A stretch of DNA of 36,768 nt, taken from the NCBI GenBank assembly GCA_027604505.1, contig JADIIX010000009.1:248001-284768 (forward strand), in the 5' to 3' direction. The notes under the pieces are model-generated. The model ran no database searches. It saw only the letters and a program-made list of their open reading frames with translations, and was not told the DNA's origin. A program made the position numbers and the translations under genes. Below, one piece after another: positions 23,001-35,000 of this stretch. Numbering within the stretch: position 1 is the stretch's first letter; every line of letters begins with the position of its first letter. This DNA is from Gonapodya sp. JEL0774. Lineage: Eukaryota.

Positions 23001-26000
23001 TTGGTGGCGTTGCTGATTCCTCCCCAAGCACAGTACTGCAGGTGATAGAGGCTTGCTGGCATGAAGTTGAACATCTTTGGACATTGGCAATGAAAAGAGC
23101 AGAATGGGAGAGGAGGCTCCATTCATCCACTCTTGTAACAAATCCCATGGAGGAAGGGAAGAGATCTGGCATAAATCCGCCCAATTGGCCTCCTTACACT
23201 TCAACAACTGGTTTGGTTCCACATTTGCCCATGGTTGGGAGTACCCAACATGCCAACTACAGTGGTATTCTGCCAGCAGAAATCAGTGGGGATACAGATA
23301 TGGTTGTCAATTTGAGAGATGGGAAGCAGCTTGGAGTTGGTGATCAGAGTACAGGTGGTGATGTCTCAAAATCTGACAGAACAGCCCGCCAAATGATAAT
23401 TGAGTCAGGTGCTGATGACGCAACAGGGGAGCTTCTGATTCGAGTTCGCCAAGTAACAGATACACTTGGAACCTACATGTTTACTGGAAATAGTGTTGTC
23501 CAGCAGTCTATTGCAGATATATTAGGAGCACTGCGACTTGTTTTGCCACCAGGGGAAGGCTTTTTTACAAGGAACATTCAACTTCCAACAAAGTTTAGGC
23601 CCTTTGAGATGCGGCTCACAGCCCAAGCTGAATTTGTTCACACAAAGCTTTCTTATGAGGTGAGATTATTCTTGATAACTCAACTTTGAAAGGAAAATGT
23701 GAGCTTTCATTTGATATTAGTGGCCACGCGCTGTTGCAAATTCCATTGAGGGGAAGCTATCTAATGTGTTTCAGCTCAGGATCAGAGATGCCAAAGAGTA
23801 TGAACGAACTCGGCTGAAAGATTTCTTAGTCTTGGTTGGCAAAATGTTAGAGGTTCAACTGAAGCAAGTGGTAGTTCGAGGTCTGGCATCGTTCTTGGCT
23901 ATTATGGGGTTCACTGTTACTGGATTGCTTCCAGAACCTAAGGTGGATGATTTGCCTTCAGCTTCACATCATGTTTTCATAGATGGAGTTGATGAGCTTA
24001 GGATTGAGACACCATCACCAATTGCCAAAGAGTCACTCCCTGTTGTCTTCTCAGTGATGGCTGTAATTCAATGTGATACTGAAAACCAAGTTAATATGGA
24101 GGATTCTGCAGCAGTGTTGAAAGACTATTCAAATGCTATGATGAATACTATCATGGACCGTTGCTTCAGAGTGACTCAACCAGCCTATACCTTGCACCCA
24201 AATAATCACATTGCAATTTTTCCTAAACAGCAGGACCTACAGGAGCAGATATTACAATTATACAAGCTACCACTTATTCTTGCAGAGAATAGTATACCAA
24301 ACCCAGAGAATGTGATAATGGTTGGTATTTATGGGGATAAAGAGTCTCCTGATCCAAGGCATGGTGGAGCTGGGTGGTTGAAAGTGCACATTGGTGCAGA
24401 ACATATTCTTCTCAGCAAAGGACCAGAAGAGATTTTGAAGCACATGCAGAGAAGTGAACAAGGAATACAGCAGATTCTTTCGCGATATCAAAAGTTTGAA
24501 TGGCTCCTTCAAGATGTTCCTTCAGTTGAGATATCTGACTCCTGGGAGGACAAAACTAATGAAACATCATATTTACCCAATTTAACACATTTTGATGCAG
24601 CTCTTGACCTCAGTCAGTGGGAGAAGCCTCTAACAAAATACTCCAATGTTCTAAAGGAAATTGATGCACTTCCTAGCAGGCTTTTGCTCCCTCCATTGAT
24701 GGTAGATTGTGCTCAGGTTAAAGAAGTCTTGAGCAATGCTGCAGGAACAATCAAGAACAACTTACAATTATCATTAATTCACAAGGTTGTTAGTGTTTGC
24801 AAGGGTTTGTCTCAAGGATATGAGGAACTCTATGAGAAGATTGCAGTAGATCCTCAAGGGGATGCAGTACAGTGGAAAGCACTGAAAATTGCAATAGAGC
24901 AAGCTGAAGCACGTTCTGCTATTTATGACTTGAAGTTGAAGGACATTGTCAATATTTGGCAGACCTTGTATGATGGGAATGTCTCTATTGATGATGGTGC
25001 CAGTGAAGCATACTGGGAGGCATGCAGCTGGCCTCGCAGGGTTCAACTAGAATATGCAGGAGCTCATGCACGTTTAGATGAAGCAAAAGGTAGATTGATC
25101 TCAGAGATAAATGTGAGTTCTACTTGCTGTTATCCCCATTGAAATTGTAGTTATGCACCCAACTGTTTCAAGATTGATGTAGTGTTTGCTAAAGAATGCT
25201 TGAGTGCTTATTGGGGTGAGATACAAACGTTTGACAGAGTTGCAGATATTAGCAAGCTTTCTGATATGATTGGACGTGTTCTGAGCATCCGTAAACGTCT
25301 TGACAAGTGCATGGCTCTGGTGGTGTCAATCCACACAAGACAAGCAAATATTCAGCTGGATAAAACAATTTTTGCCAATATAGACACTCTTCTAACCACT
25401 TTCAATATGAATGAAGTTCTTTGGAAGCTTGCTGATGACCAGAGAGTGCTTTTGAAACAATGGAATGATGCTTGCTTCTTTGAGCTGGATGCAGATATAA
25501 TTTTATCCAAAGTCAATGAATGGAAGAAAAGCTCAAGGAAGCTGCTTTCTCTAGTGGAATCATACCCAAGTCAACAATGTGTTCTTCAATCTATTATGGT
25601 GGAGCTAAATGACTTCACAGGACATCTGAAGATTATCCAAGCTTTGAGAAACCCATCCCTCAGGTCAAAGCATTGGGAGCAAATTGCAACAGCAATTGGT
25701 GTATCACAGAAAGACATGAAAAAGTTCCAGCTAAAGAATATTGTTGAGATGGATCTTGAACTTGTTGAAGACTTACTCTCTGACATCAGCCAAGAAGCAA
25801 GCAGAGAAGACGCTCTTGAAGCAGGTCTAGATCGGATGAAAAAAGAACTTACCTCTCACACTTTTGTTATGAGTGCCACAACCCAAGAGAGCATCTCCAC
25901 GTTGAATTCACAGAATGGGATAAATTTGCAACACATCCTCAATCTGCATGATGCATATGAACTTCTTGAAGATCATTTGATCAGATCAGAGGAGTTAAGG

Positions 26001-29000
26001 GTGCAAGCAATGCACATTTTAAGCAAATCACAATCCTTTAGTCTGCAGAAAGCCCCTCTGACTGTAATGTCAATGACAACGCATCAGTCTCAAAAGAGTA
26101 CAAACAAACAGATACAAGACATTGACCTTCAAACTCAAGCGTTTGTAAACAAGATTGAAATTTGGCAGAGAAAGCTGTTAAAATGCCAGGATATACTGCT
26201 AAATTGGGAGGAGCTCCAGCAAAACATGCATCTCTTGTCTCCCATTTTCTTTAATTTGATGGATGACATGCCACAAATGCTTATTGAAATCAAGGACACT
26301 TTCATGGCTTCGTTCAAGGTGGCTGCAAATGTTGCCAACATTGTCCAGAAGAACCCCTCCTGGTAGGTGTTAGTTGGATTGGAATAAGGGCCTTACGTTG
26401 CTTGATGCACATTACTGCCAGGGCTTCTATTGTAGTTCAGAGAGATAGTTTTGAGCAAATCTTGACAGCCCATACCCGTTCTGAGACATGCATGAAGCAC
26501 ATTTCAAATTGGCTTGCACTTCACCGACATGTCTTCCCTAGATTTTACTTCCTTGGCAATGATGAGCTCCTTGCACTCCTTTCAGGTTGTGCATCCAGAG
26601 ATATGTCATTACCATTAATTCAGCACTGCTTTCAGTCTATTGGGGAGATTGTCACTCAGAACTTGAGTGTAGTAAAAACAGGTGAGAATAATCTTGATGT
26701 ATGAAGTTCTGAGAATTCTACTAATCTTTGATATAGCAGAATCTGACACACAGAAGTCATCTGCAACAAACCTTCATAGAACACAACTAATTATAACAGG
26801 GATTCATAGTCTTTTGGGAGAATCTCTCACTTTTTGTGGGCATGGAGTAATGTACACAAATGATTTTGGAGGAATGTTCAAAGACATAGAAGCAGGACTC
26901 TCTGAGACACTGAAGAATATGACCAACCAATCTGTAGAGTCCTACTATGCCAACATGTCAAAGACAGCTCAAACTTCAATTGATAATAACCCCAGTGCTT
27001 TGGGAAAGTGGTTGTTGAAATGGCCAAGTGAGGACTGAAAAAGAAAATCTCACATGCTGTCCAATTTCTGACACTGACACAAACTTTTAGGTCAAATTAG
27101 TTACTTAGTATCCCAATGGAGATATACATCAAAAATTGAGGAAGCATTTTCCAAAGGTTTGCAAGCTAAACAAATCAATCTTTAGTCTTTTTCTCACTCT
27201 CACATTGCAATTGTGTATTCAAGGCATTCAAAGTATCAATGCTCTCAGAGAATTACGACGTCAAATTCAGAAGGATGTGGATTGCTGGATTGGGCTTCTT
27301 AGGGCTGAGAACACTGTGTTCACCCGCAGAGCCATAGAAAATCTCCTTTCAAATTCAATGACCACAGGGGACAATGTTGAGTATCTTATTGCTGGAGACA
27401 TAACTAATGGATCTATGCCAGAGTGGACCAGCCAAGTGCGATTGTACAAAGGCTTAGAAGGCAGTGATGGTGTGATATCAGTGAAAGTTATGGGCCACCA
27501 TTTCTCTTATGGTTTTGAGTACACCTGCTCTTCTCCACGTCTTGTTTTTACACAATCGCTATCTAAAGCATTTAGTCTTGTACTGGATGCCCTCGGTAGT
27601 GGGATAAGTGCTGCCATAATTGGCGGTCGAACATCAGGTAAAACATCACTTGTGCAAGAAGTTGCCTCTGTGCTGGGGAGATTCTGCATAACAGTAGAGT
27701 GTGGTGTGATTTCAGCTGCTACAGACCTTCAAAGGGTATTCAATGGTGTGATTGCATGCTCTTATTGTAGCCCTTGGCTGTTCTTGGAGAACATTGAGCA
27801 ACTTCCAATTCCAACACTTGCTTTTCTTTCCCATCAAGTAATGCTCATTCACTCTTCAATTGCAGCTGGCCAGAAATCTGGAAATGTTGCAATTAGGATT
27901 GGAGCTGATGATGTTCAGCTTAATGGTTGTCCATCAATTATATTCAGTGTACAATTATCTAGTGGTACAAATGAGTGGTTGAAACTACCTGCTCCTATCA
28001 CGACTTTGTTTCGGCCAGTTTCATTGAGCAGGATTGACAAACAAAAAATTTCTGAAGTCATTCTGTTCAGTCTTGGATTTAGGTCAGCAAAAGTTCTTGC
28101 ACGAAAGATCAGCTTGTTCTTGCATATATTTGCTCTCCATGCACCTGAGCAAGGACAGTTAGCAGCTAACAGCTACTTGTCTGCCATTCTGTACAACCTT
28201 ACAAAGTCAGGAATGAGGCCCTTAAAAGGAGGACTCTCTGAGATAACTGTGGTTGCCAATGCAGTCCTGGATGCCATATCACCTCAAGTTTCTGCTGAGG
28301 ATTGGAAGATTTGTCATCATTTGGTTTCAGAGGCATTTGGAGATTTGGCAGAAAGAAGTAGTGGATTGGACTTTGTGAAAGAAGAAATTAAGAAGGCTGC
28401 AAAGGACCTGTCACTGTCATTGTCAGATTCATTTATAAATTGCTGTTTGCATTTACTCCATGGAGTCACCCAGCAACTTTCAACAGTCATACTTGGTGCT
28501 GAAATGACTGGAAAGTCTACTGCTATTTGTGTTATACAAAAGGTCCTGGAGAACAGAGCAAATCCAGACAATGACTGTGAAACACCACATTTTGGAAAGG
28601 CTATTATTTTGAGGAAGATTTATCCAAATGCTCTCATGCCTAGCCACTGCCTTGAAACAGGTGTGAATTCATCCAGAATACCCACTTTGCATGCTGCAGT
28701 TAGAAACATTATCAAAGAAGCACAATCATATAATCTGGTGACGCAAACAGTTTGGCTGTGCTTTGATGGTGAAATGAAAGATACATGGGTGACACAAATT
28801 CTCCCTTTACTAAATAAGCATGGATATTTGCAGTTGCCAGGGAGCAATATTGTGCTGCACATTCCCCCTAATATCCGGTTTATATTTGAAACAACTTCTT
28901 TGTCTCCAGCTTCTCAGTCCGTTTTGTCGTATTGCGCTATTGTGAAGTTTTCATCTCAATGCTTACCTGTCAGTACCATTCTTGAAACAAAACTGAACAA

Positions 29001-32000
29001 CCCAGTTGGTATTGCCCTTCATAACCACCACAAGTTAATTTGGACAATTCTGCACCTTATCTTAGAGCCAGCAATTGAATACTCATTAGGGCAATCTTCA
29101 CAACCAATTATTAATTTGAAACCAGCTCTTGTTTTGAATTGCTGGGAAATATTTCAGGGTCTCTATTGTGAATTGAGTGCTGAAGGGTATGATAGATTCA
29201 CAGATTTGGAGCAAATCTCATGGATTCTTGCTGGTTAGGTCCAGTCTCTGTTGAAAGTGTCAACTTTGTGTTTTGCTAACCTCCTTAATTTCACTCAGCA
29301 TTTGTGATGGCAGCAATATGGACTGCAGGTGGATATGTGTCCACAAGAGATCGATTTGTATTTAATCGTTTCTTCAGAGATCTTCTGTCCTCCATTGCCG
29401 AGACTATTGAAAATCAAGTTTCAGTGCCAAATGAGGCTTTGAAAGTTGGGCTCCGAATCCCAAAAGAGAAAACCATTTATGACTACTTTTTTGACAGCAA
29501 AACATTGTCATGGAATGCTTGGAATGTAATAAGTGGAGCAGTTATCAGTGGTTCTGGCATAGTTCAAGGACATCTTGTGGGAGGTGAAGATGTTATTGTT
29601 GATGAGGAAGTCATCAAAGTTGCATACTTAACACAGCTACTACTTCAACAACAAGTTCCAGTTGCCCTTGTGGGGCACAAAGGCTGTGGAAAATCAACAA
29701 TGGTACATGTCTCTGTTAGTGCATGCAGTGACAAGAACAAATCAAGACCAGTGAAGTGCATTCCAGTCAGCAGCACTTCTTCTACTACCAATATCAGAAG
29801 TGCAATTTTGGATGGCCTACAATGTAAAAGACAGAATGTTTTTGGTGTGATTGATGGGAAGCCACGTGTTACACTGTTTGATGAAATTAATTTTGTGTTT
29901 TCAAAGAATCAACTTTCTGACACTGATGCTTTGAGAGAGTTTGTGGAGCAGAGGGCATGGATGGAGGAGAATGGGCTGGTTAGGGTTGAAGATCTGGACA
30001 TGGTTGCAACTTTTGATATATTCCACAGTATTAGTGGTGCAAACAGCCTCCTTCGTCACTGGGTGGTTGTACCTGTCATTGATGATGATGGGGAGCGGCT
30101 ACAAAATATACTCACCAGCATTTCTGATGGAGTGTTTAAAGATGTTAAAGGCTCTGAAGATCACTTTGAGGAGCATTTGATTGATGCCACTATTGGACTG
30201 ACTAAATCAGTTGTATCACAGTTTCCTTGCCTACCTGAGAAAGACCACTATAGCTTCACAATGTTTGAACCTATTGCTGTTCTCAGGGGTCTACTCTTTC
30301 TGAGTCATGGATTTGATAAAACTGTCAAAGGTGTATTACATATGTGGGGACATAATTGTATGAGAATTTTTCGTGACAAACTTCTAGGCAGTGACAGAAC
30401 AGTGTTTGATGAAATATTTCATCGCATCTATATGTCTGTGAGTATGCATTCTTTGAATCCATCATCTGCTTGGTCCTGGATGTGTGGCTGATGGGATTCT
30501 TCTAGCATTTCATGACACCATATTCTGATACCTTCTCTGCCCATGATCCCCTTCTATATTGTTCAAGGAAGCTGTTATCAAAGGCTATAACAGGTACTTC
30601 TAGCACACTAAAACCTGAACCCAATCCAGATGAGTGCCCATTACAGAGCATAGGAGAGCTAAAAACATCTATTACTAGCATCAGGAAGAACCTTGAACAG
30701 CAGTCAAAGCAAGGAATTCAAAAAGACATTGACACTTTGCTTCATGATGATGGCTTAGCACTTGCATGCGCAGTATCTTGGTCTTCATTCTTAAATGGGG
30801 TGAATGTACTGCTGTTGGGTGCTAATCGAGGTGATAGGGCAGCTGCAGCAAAGTTTGCAGCAATTATTGCTGATAGACATTACATTGAATTTCCTTCAAG
30901 TTCAGCATCATCTACAGAAAAAGATAACAGTGAAGTATTGTGGTATCAGTGGCTCAGCAACCTTTTTAGTTCAGCCTTTACCAGTGAAAAGAGTCTCATT
31001 GTTTACATTGATGCCACTTGGCTTCCATTACCAAGCCAATGGAGTGACCTGAACACTCTTTTGAAGATTGGCTATTTGTCACAGTATCTGCCACAAAATG
31101 TGTTGACCAATGATGCTTTTACCATCATGTCTGATCGCTTGCAAGAGGAGGGCTGTAAGAACATTCTTTCCAGCAGTAGAGTGGACATTTTACTTCAGAT
31201 ATATTTCAGACGGCACATCCAGTGGGTAATATCTCTCCCAGATGTGCCACCATTTCAACCGTTCAGAGGTTTTGGCACATTGATTCCAGCCATCTCACAA
31301 AGTGTGCTTATATACTTTTCTCACACAGAAACAAGAGAAAAACCTCTAGAGTCTCTGTTAAACGTTTACTTGGGTGAAATCCAAGTTGATGAATGTACTT
31401 CAGAGATTTTGCAGAGAATGGGGCCAATGGTCCTCTCTGAGATCTCCCAATTGCATCCCAGTATTGAGAGGGCTATAAAATATGAGAAACAACTAAAAGT
31501 GGAAGTGAACTCCAACTGCAGTCTGCAGGTTGCTGCGAGGTGTTTGGTGTTATTCAGTGCACAATCTGGGAGACATCTGCTGAATAATCTTCGCATGTAT
31601 CGAAATGCACTAACTAAGACCTCCTTGTTGATTCAAGCAATTGGGAGGATTGAATTTGGATTTAATATGTACTTAGCAGACCATGAACTGTGGAGCTCAA
31701 AAACACAGCAGCATCTGATTTCCATGGAGGAAGAGAACACAATCATGGCTAAAATTTTCTTGGAGATTAGAAAGAATGATGACATGAAAAGAAGACTGGC
31801 AGAAGAAAAGGAGCAGCTGCAATCTCAGCTAAATTTGGAGCTTGCAAAAGCATTACCTGCTGTGTTATCTGCTCAGAGGGATATCGAGAAACTTGATAAG
31901 GCAGAAATCAGTGAGCTGAGATCCACTATTTCACCTCCACGCTCAGTGGCTACAATTATGGAGGTAAGTTGTTTCACATGGACAGCAGGGACTCAAGGAG

Positions 32001-35000
32001 ATTTCTCATGCAAATTTATGTCTAAGGCTTTGTGTGTTACTCTGAATTACCCACCCTTCCAAGGAGAGACAAGTTGGGAGACAAGTAAAAGATTATTATC
32101 AGACCAAAAACTAATTTCTAAGCTTGTGACATTTAACAAGGACAGCTTGTCTGCATCTTCCATGATTAAGGTGGAAGGATTCACTGGAAATAGAGACTTT
32201 GACCCAAAACAAGTTGAAAAGCTTTCAAAACCTGCTGCATTATTTGCTGCTTGGGTGCTTGCTGTGGAGTCCTACTACAATGCTTCCCTTATGTTACTAC
32301 CTTTGAGAAGACAGCTTTCAGATATTGAGAGTAAAATGGCACAGCTTGATTTGAACAATGCGAAGTCCAAAAAGGTGTTAGATCGTTGTGAAGCAAAACT
32401 TAATGAAATGAAATCAAAGTTTGACCAAATGGCAAAGCAAAAAGATGCTGCATATAAGGTCCTCCAGACCTTTCAACTTCGACACAGGTCAGCTCAGCAG
32501 ATGTTGACAGCATTGGCACCTGCCAGAGAGAGATGGACCCAATTGATAGCAAAATGGGAAAGAAGATGGAACAACCTGCTGGGTGACTCCCTGCTGGCTG
32601 CTTCCACTGTGGCATACCTTTCAGAGGCCTCAGTAACATTGCGTGGCACCTTTCTTCAACAGATTAAGAAAGTTCTTGCTACCAGAGCAATCCCATATTC
32701 TAATGACTTTATGCTGACAAGCTTCCTTCTCAATCAGCCAATAGAACATTTTGGCATCTCCATGGGACTTCTTGAAGATCAATCTGCTATGGAAGCCTAC
32801 TTTATTGCAAAGTATCATCCTAGATGCAGTATAATTCTTGATAGTTCCAATCAAGTGATGAAATGCATAACTGCATGGGAGAAGGAAAACATTATTAACT
32901 CAGTGCATGTAAATGATAGTAACCTGGCCAGCAAAGTAGCAGGGTCTGCAAAAGCAGGACACATTCTGCTCCTGCACCTGCAAGATGATGATATTGCTAA
33001 ATTGGAGCCAGAGTGGCTGAAATCCTTAGTAGACATCCACAATTATCATAATTCATTTGAGCAAGGACCAACACACCTCACACTGGGAAACCTTTGTGTT
33101 GCAGTCAATCCCAACTTTCGACTATTTCTAATAAGCTGCATAACAAGCAGTGACATTCCTGGATGGCTTCGAACAATCTTTCAAATTGTAAGCAATGATG
33201 GTTACTATGAGAGATATGTCCAGGAAAGTGTTCAGAGTGCAATACTGGAAGTTCATGCACCAGAGCTCAGGAACTTTGACAAGCAAAGAAAAATGGAGAT
33301 TTATTCTGTTCATAGTCAGGTTAATGAGACCATAAATGCAGAGGTTGCTTTGTTGGAAAAAGCATCTGAAACTGATGTTGAAGGTGGAGAGATTTTTGAT
33401 GCTCTGAAGGAATATGAACAGTCCATCCAAAAACAAATGAAAAACGGTGTTAATGAAGATGATCCAGAGTCAAACACATTACTGCAAAATTATTCTTCTT
33501 TTGCAGGGGAGATTGCAAAGCTTTTCTGCAGGGCAATTGAGCCTTTGAGAAACCTTTGTAGAACTTACGAATTCTCTCTCCCATGGTTTCTTGACTTCTG
33601 TAAGAACAACATAGCAGAAGTTCGAAACTTAATTAAACAAAACACAACTGAAAGTTTTCAGAACGAGGTGCTAATCCCTCTTTTGAGGACAATTCTGCCG
33701 AGCCTGAGGCCAATTCACCGCTCTGTTGTCATATTTGGCATTTGCATTGATTTCTTCAGATCTCAGGATTCCATAAAGAAGAGTGTCACAATTCAGATAC
33801 CTCAAGCACAATGGGAGATTCTATTTAAAATTGCACCATCACCAGTAAATAACATATTAGAGATAATTGATAGCCCAACAAATGAAACTGATTCAAGACA
33901 GCCCATGATGCCAAGAAATCCTTCAAATGGTTGGCTGGCAGAAAGAGAGTGGAGGTTTGTTATTGTGGAGTTCTCTTGCTGGTGTACTTGTACTGAATGT
34001 TCCACTGAATGAAATTACTAGGAGAGTGACTCTTCTGACACGCCTTCCTGAGTTTAGCAAGCTCCTGCAGGAGTTCTCCAGAAATGCAAATATTGCAAAT
34101 ACTCCTGCAACAGAAAACAGTTGGGAGGAAACCTCAAGGACCTGGACACCAAGTAACATAAAGCTTCCTGGCCGATGGGAGTCTCAAACATCACTGTTTG
34201 AACGGATGTTGATACTCATAGCATTGAGGCCTGATTTAACAGTCCAAATTGCAAGCTGGTTTACAGAAACTGCCTTACAAAAGCCTCTTGCAGATGATTT
34301 TGAAAGTTCCCTGGTTCTTGGAACCCTGTTTCGTTACTCATCACCAACTACCCCAATTGTGATGTTTGAACACTGTGGAGATGCAAGCCTTCGAGCCTTA
34401 CATGAATTTGCACAAGCTCGTAGCATGTCAAGCTTTCTGGTGGTACTGCCATTTGGTGCACAGAATGATGGACACACTGACAGCCTGGTTGATGAGGCAA
34501 CAACCAAAGGTCGGTGGTTGGTTCTGCAGCTCAGCTGCTCTGAGGACCCAGTTCTCACTTTGGTGATGCAAAGACTTGAGAGTTTGGAACACCACCGGGG
34601 ATTGAGTTCTGGATTTCGCCTCTGGGTTGTGGCAGACTTCAACTTGATAAAATTGCCAGCTTATTTACTCAGGAAATCTGTGAAAGTACACATGGTAAAG
34701 AGTAGAAAGTTCCGCACTGTACTTTCAGATGCCCTTGGTGCTTTGGAGCCAAATCTTGTACCCCAGGACTTCCGGCCTTCCCCTTTATACAGAAGGATAC
34801 TGTTTGGCCTTGCAATGTTTTATACAAGCTCTTCAATGAGAACACAATATGGACCACTGGGCTTCATGCATCAATACAACTTCCCATTCAGTGAGCTAGC
34901 CAGAACCATCCAGTATCTAAGGGAAACTTTTGAGGAGAGCTCAGAAGATGAAGGAACACAGAAGGAGAGAAATGTCCTTCGTAGAATTGCTTTGTTTGGG

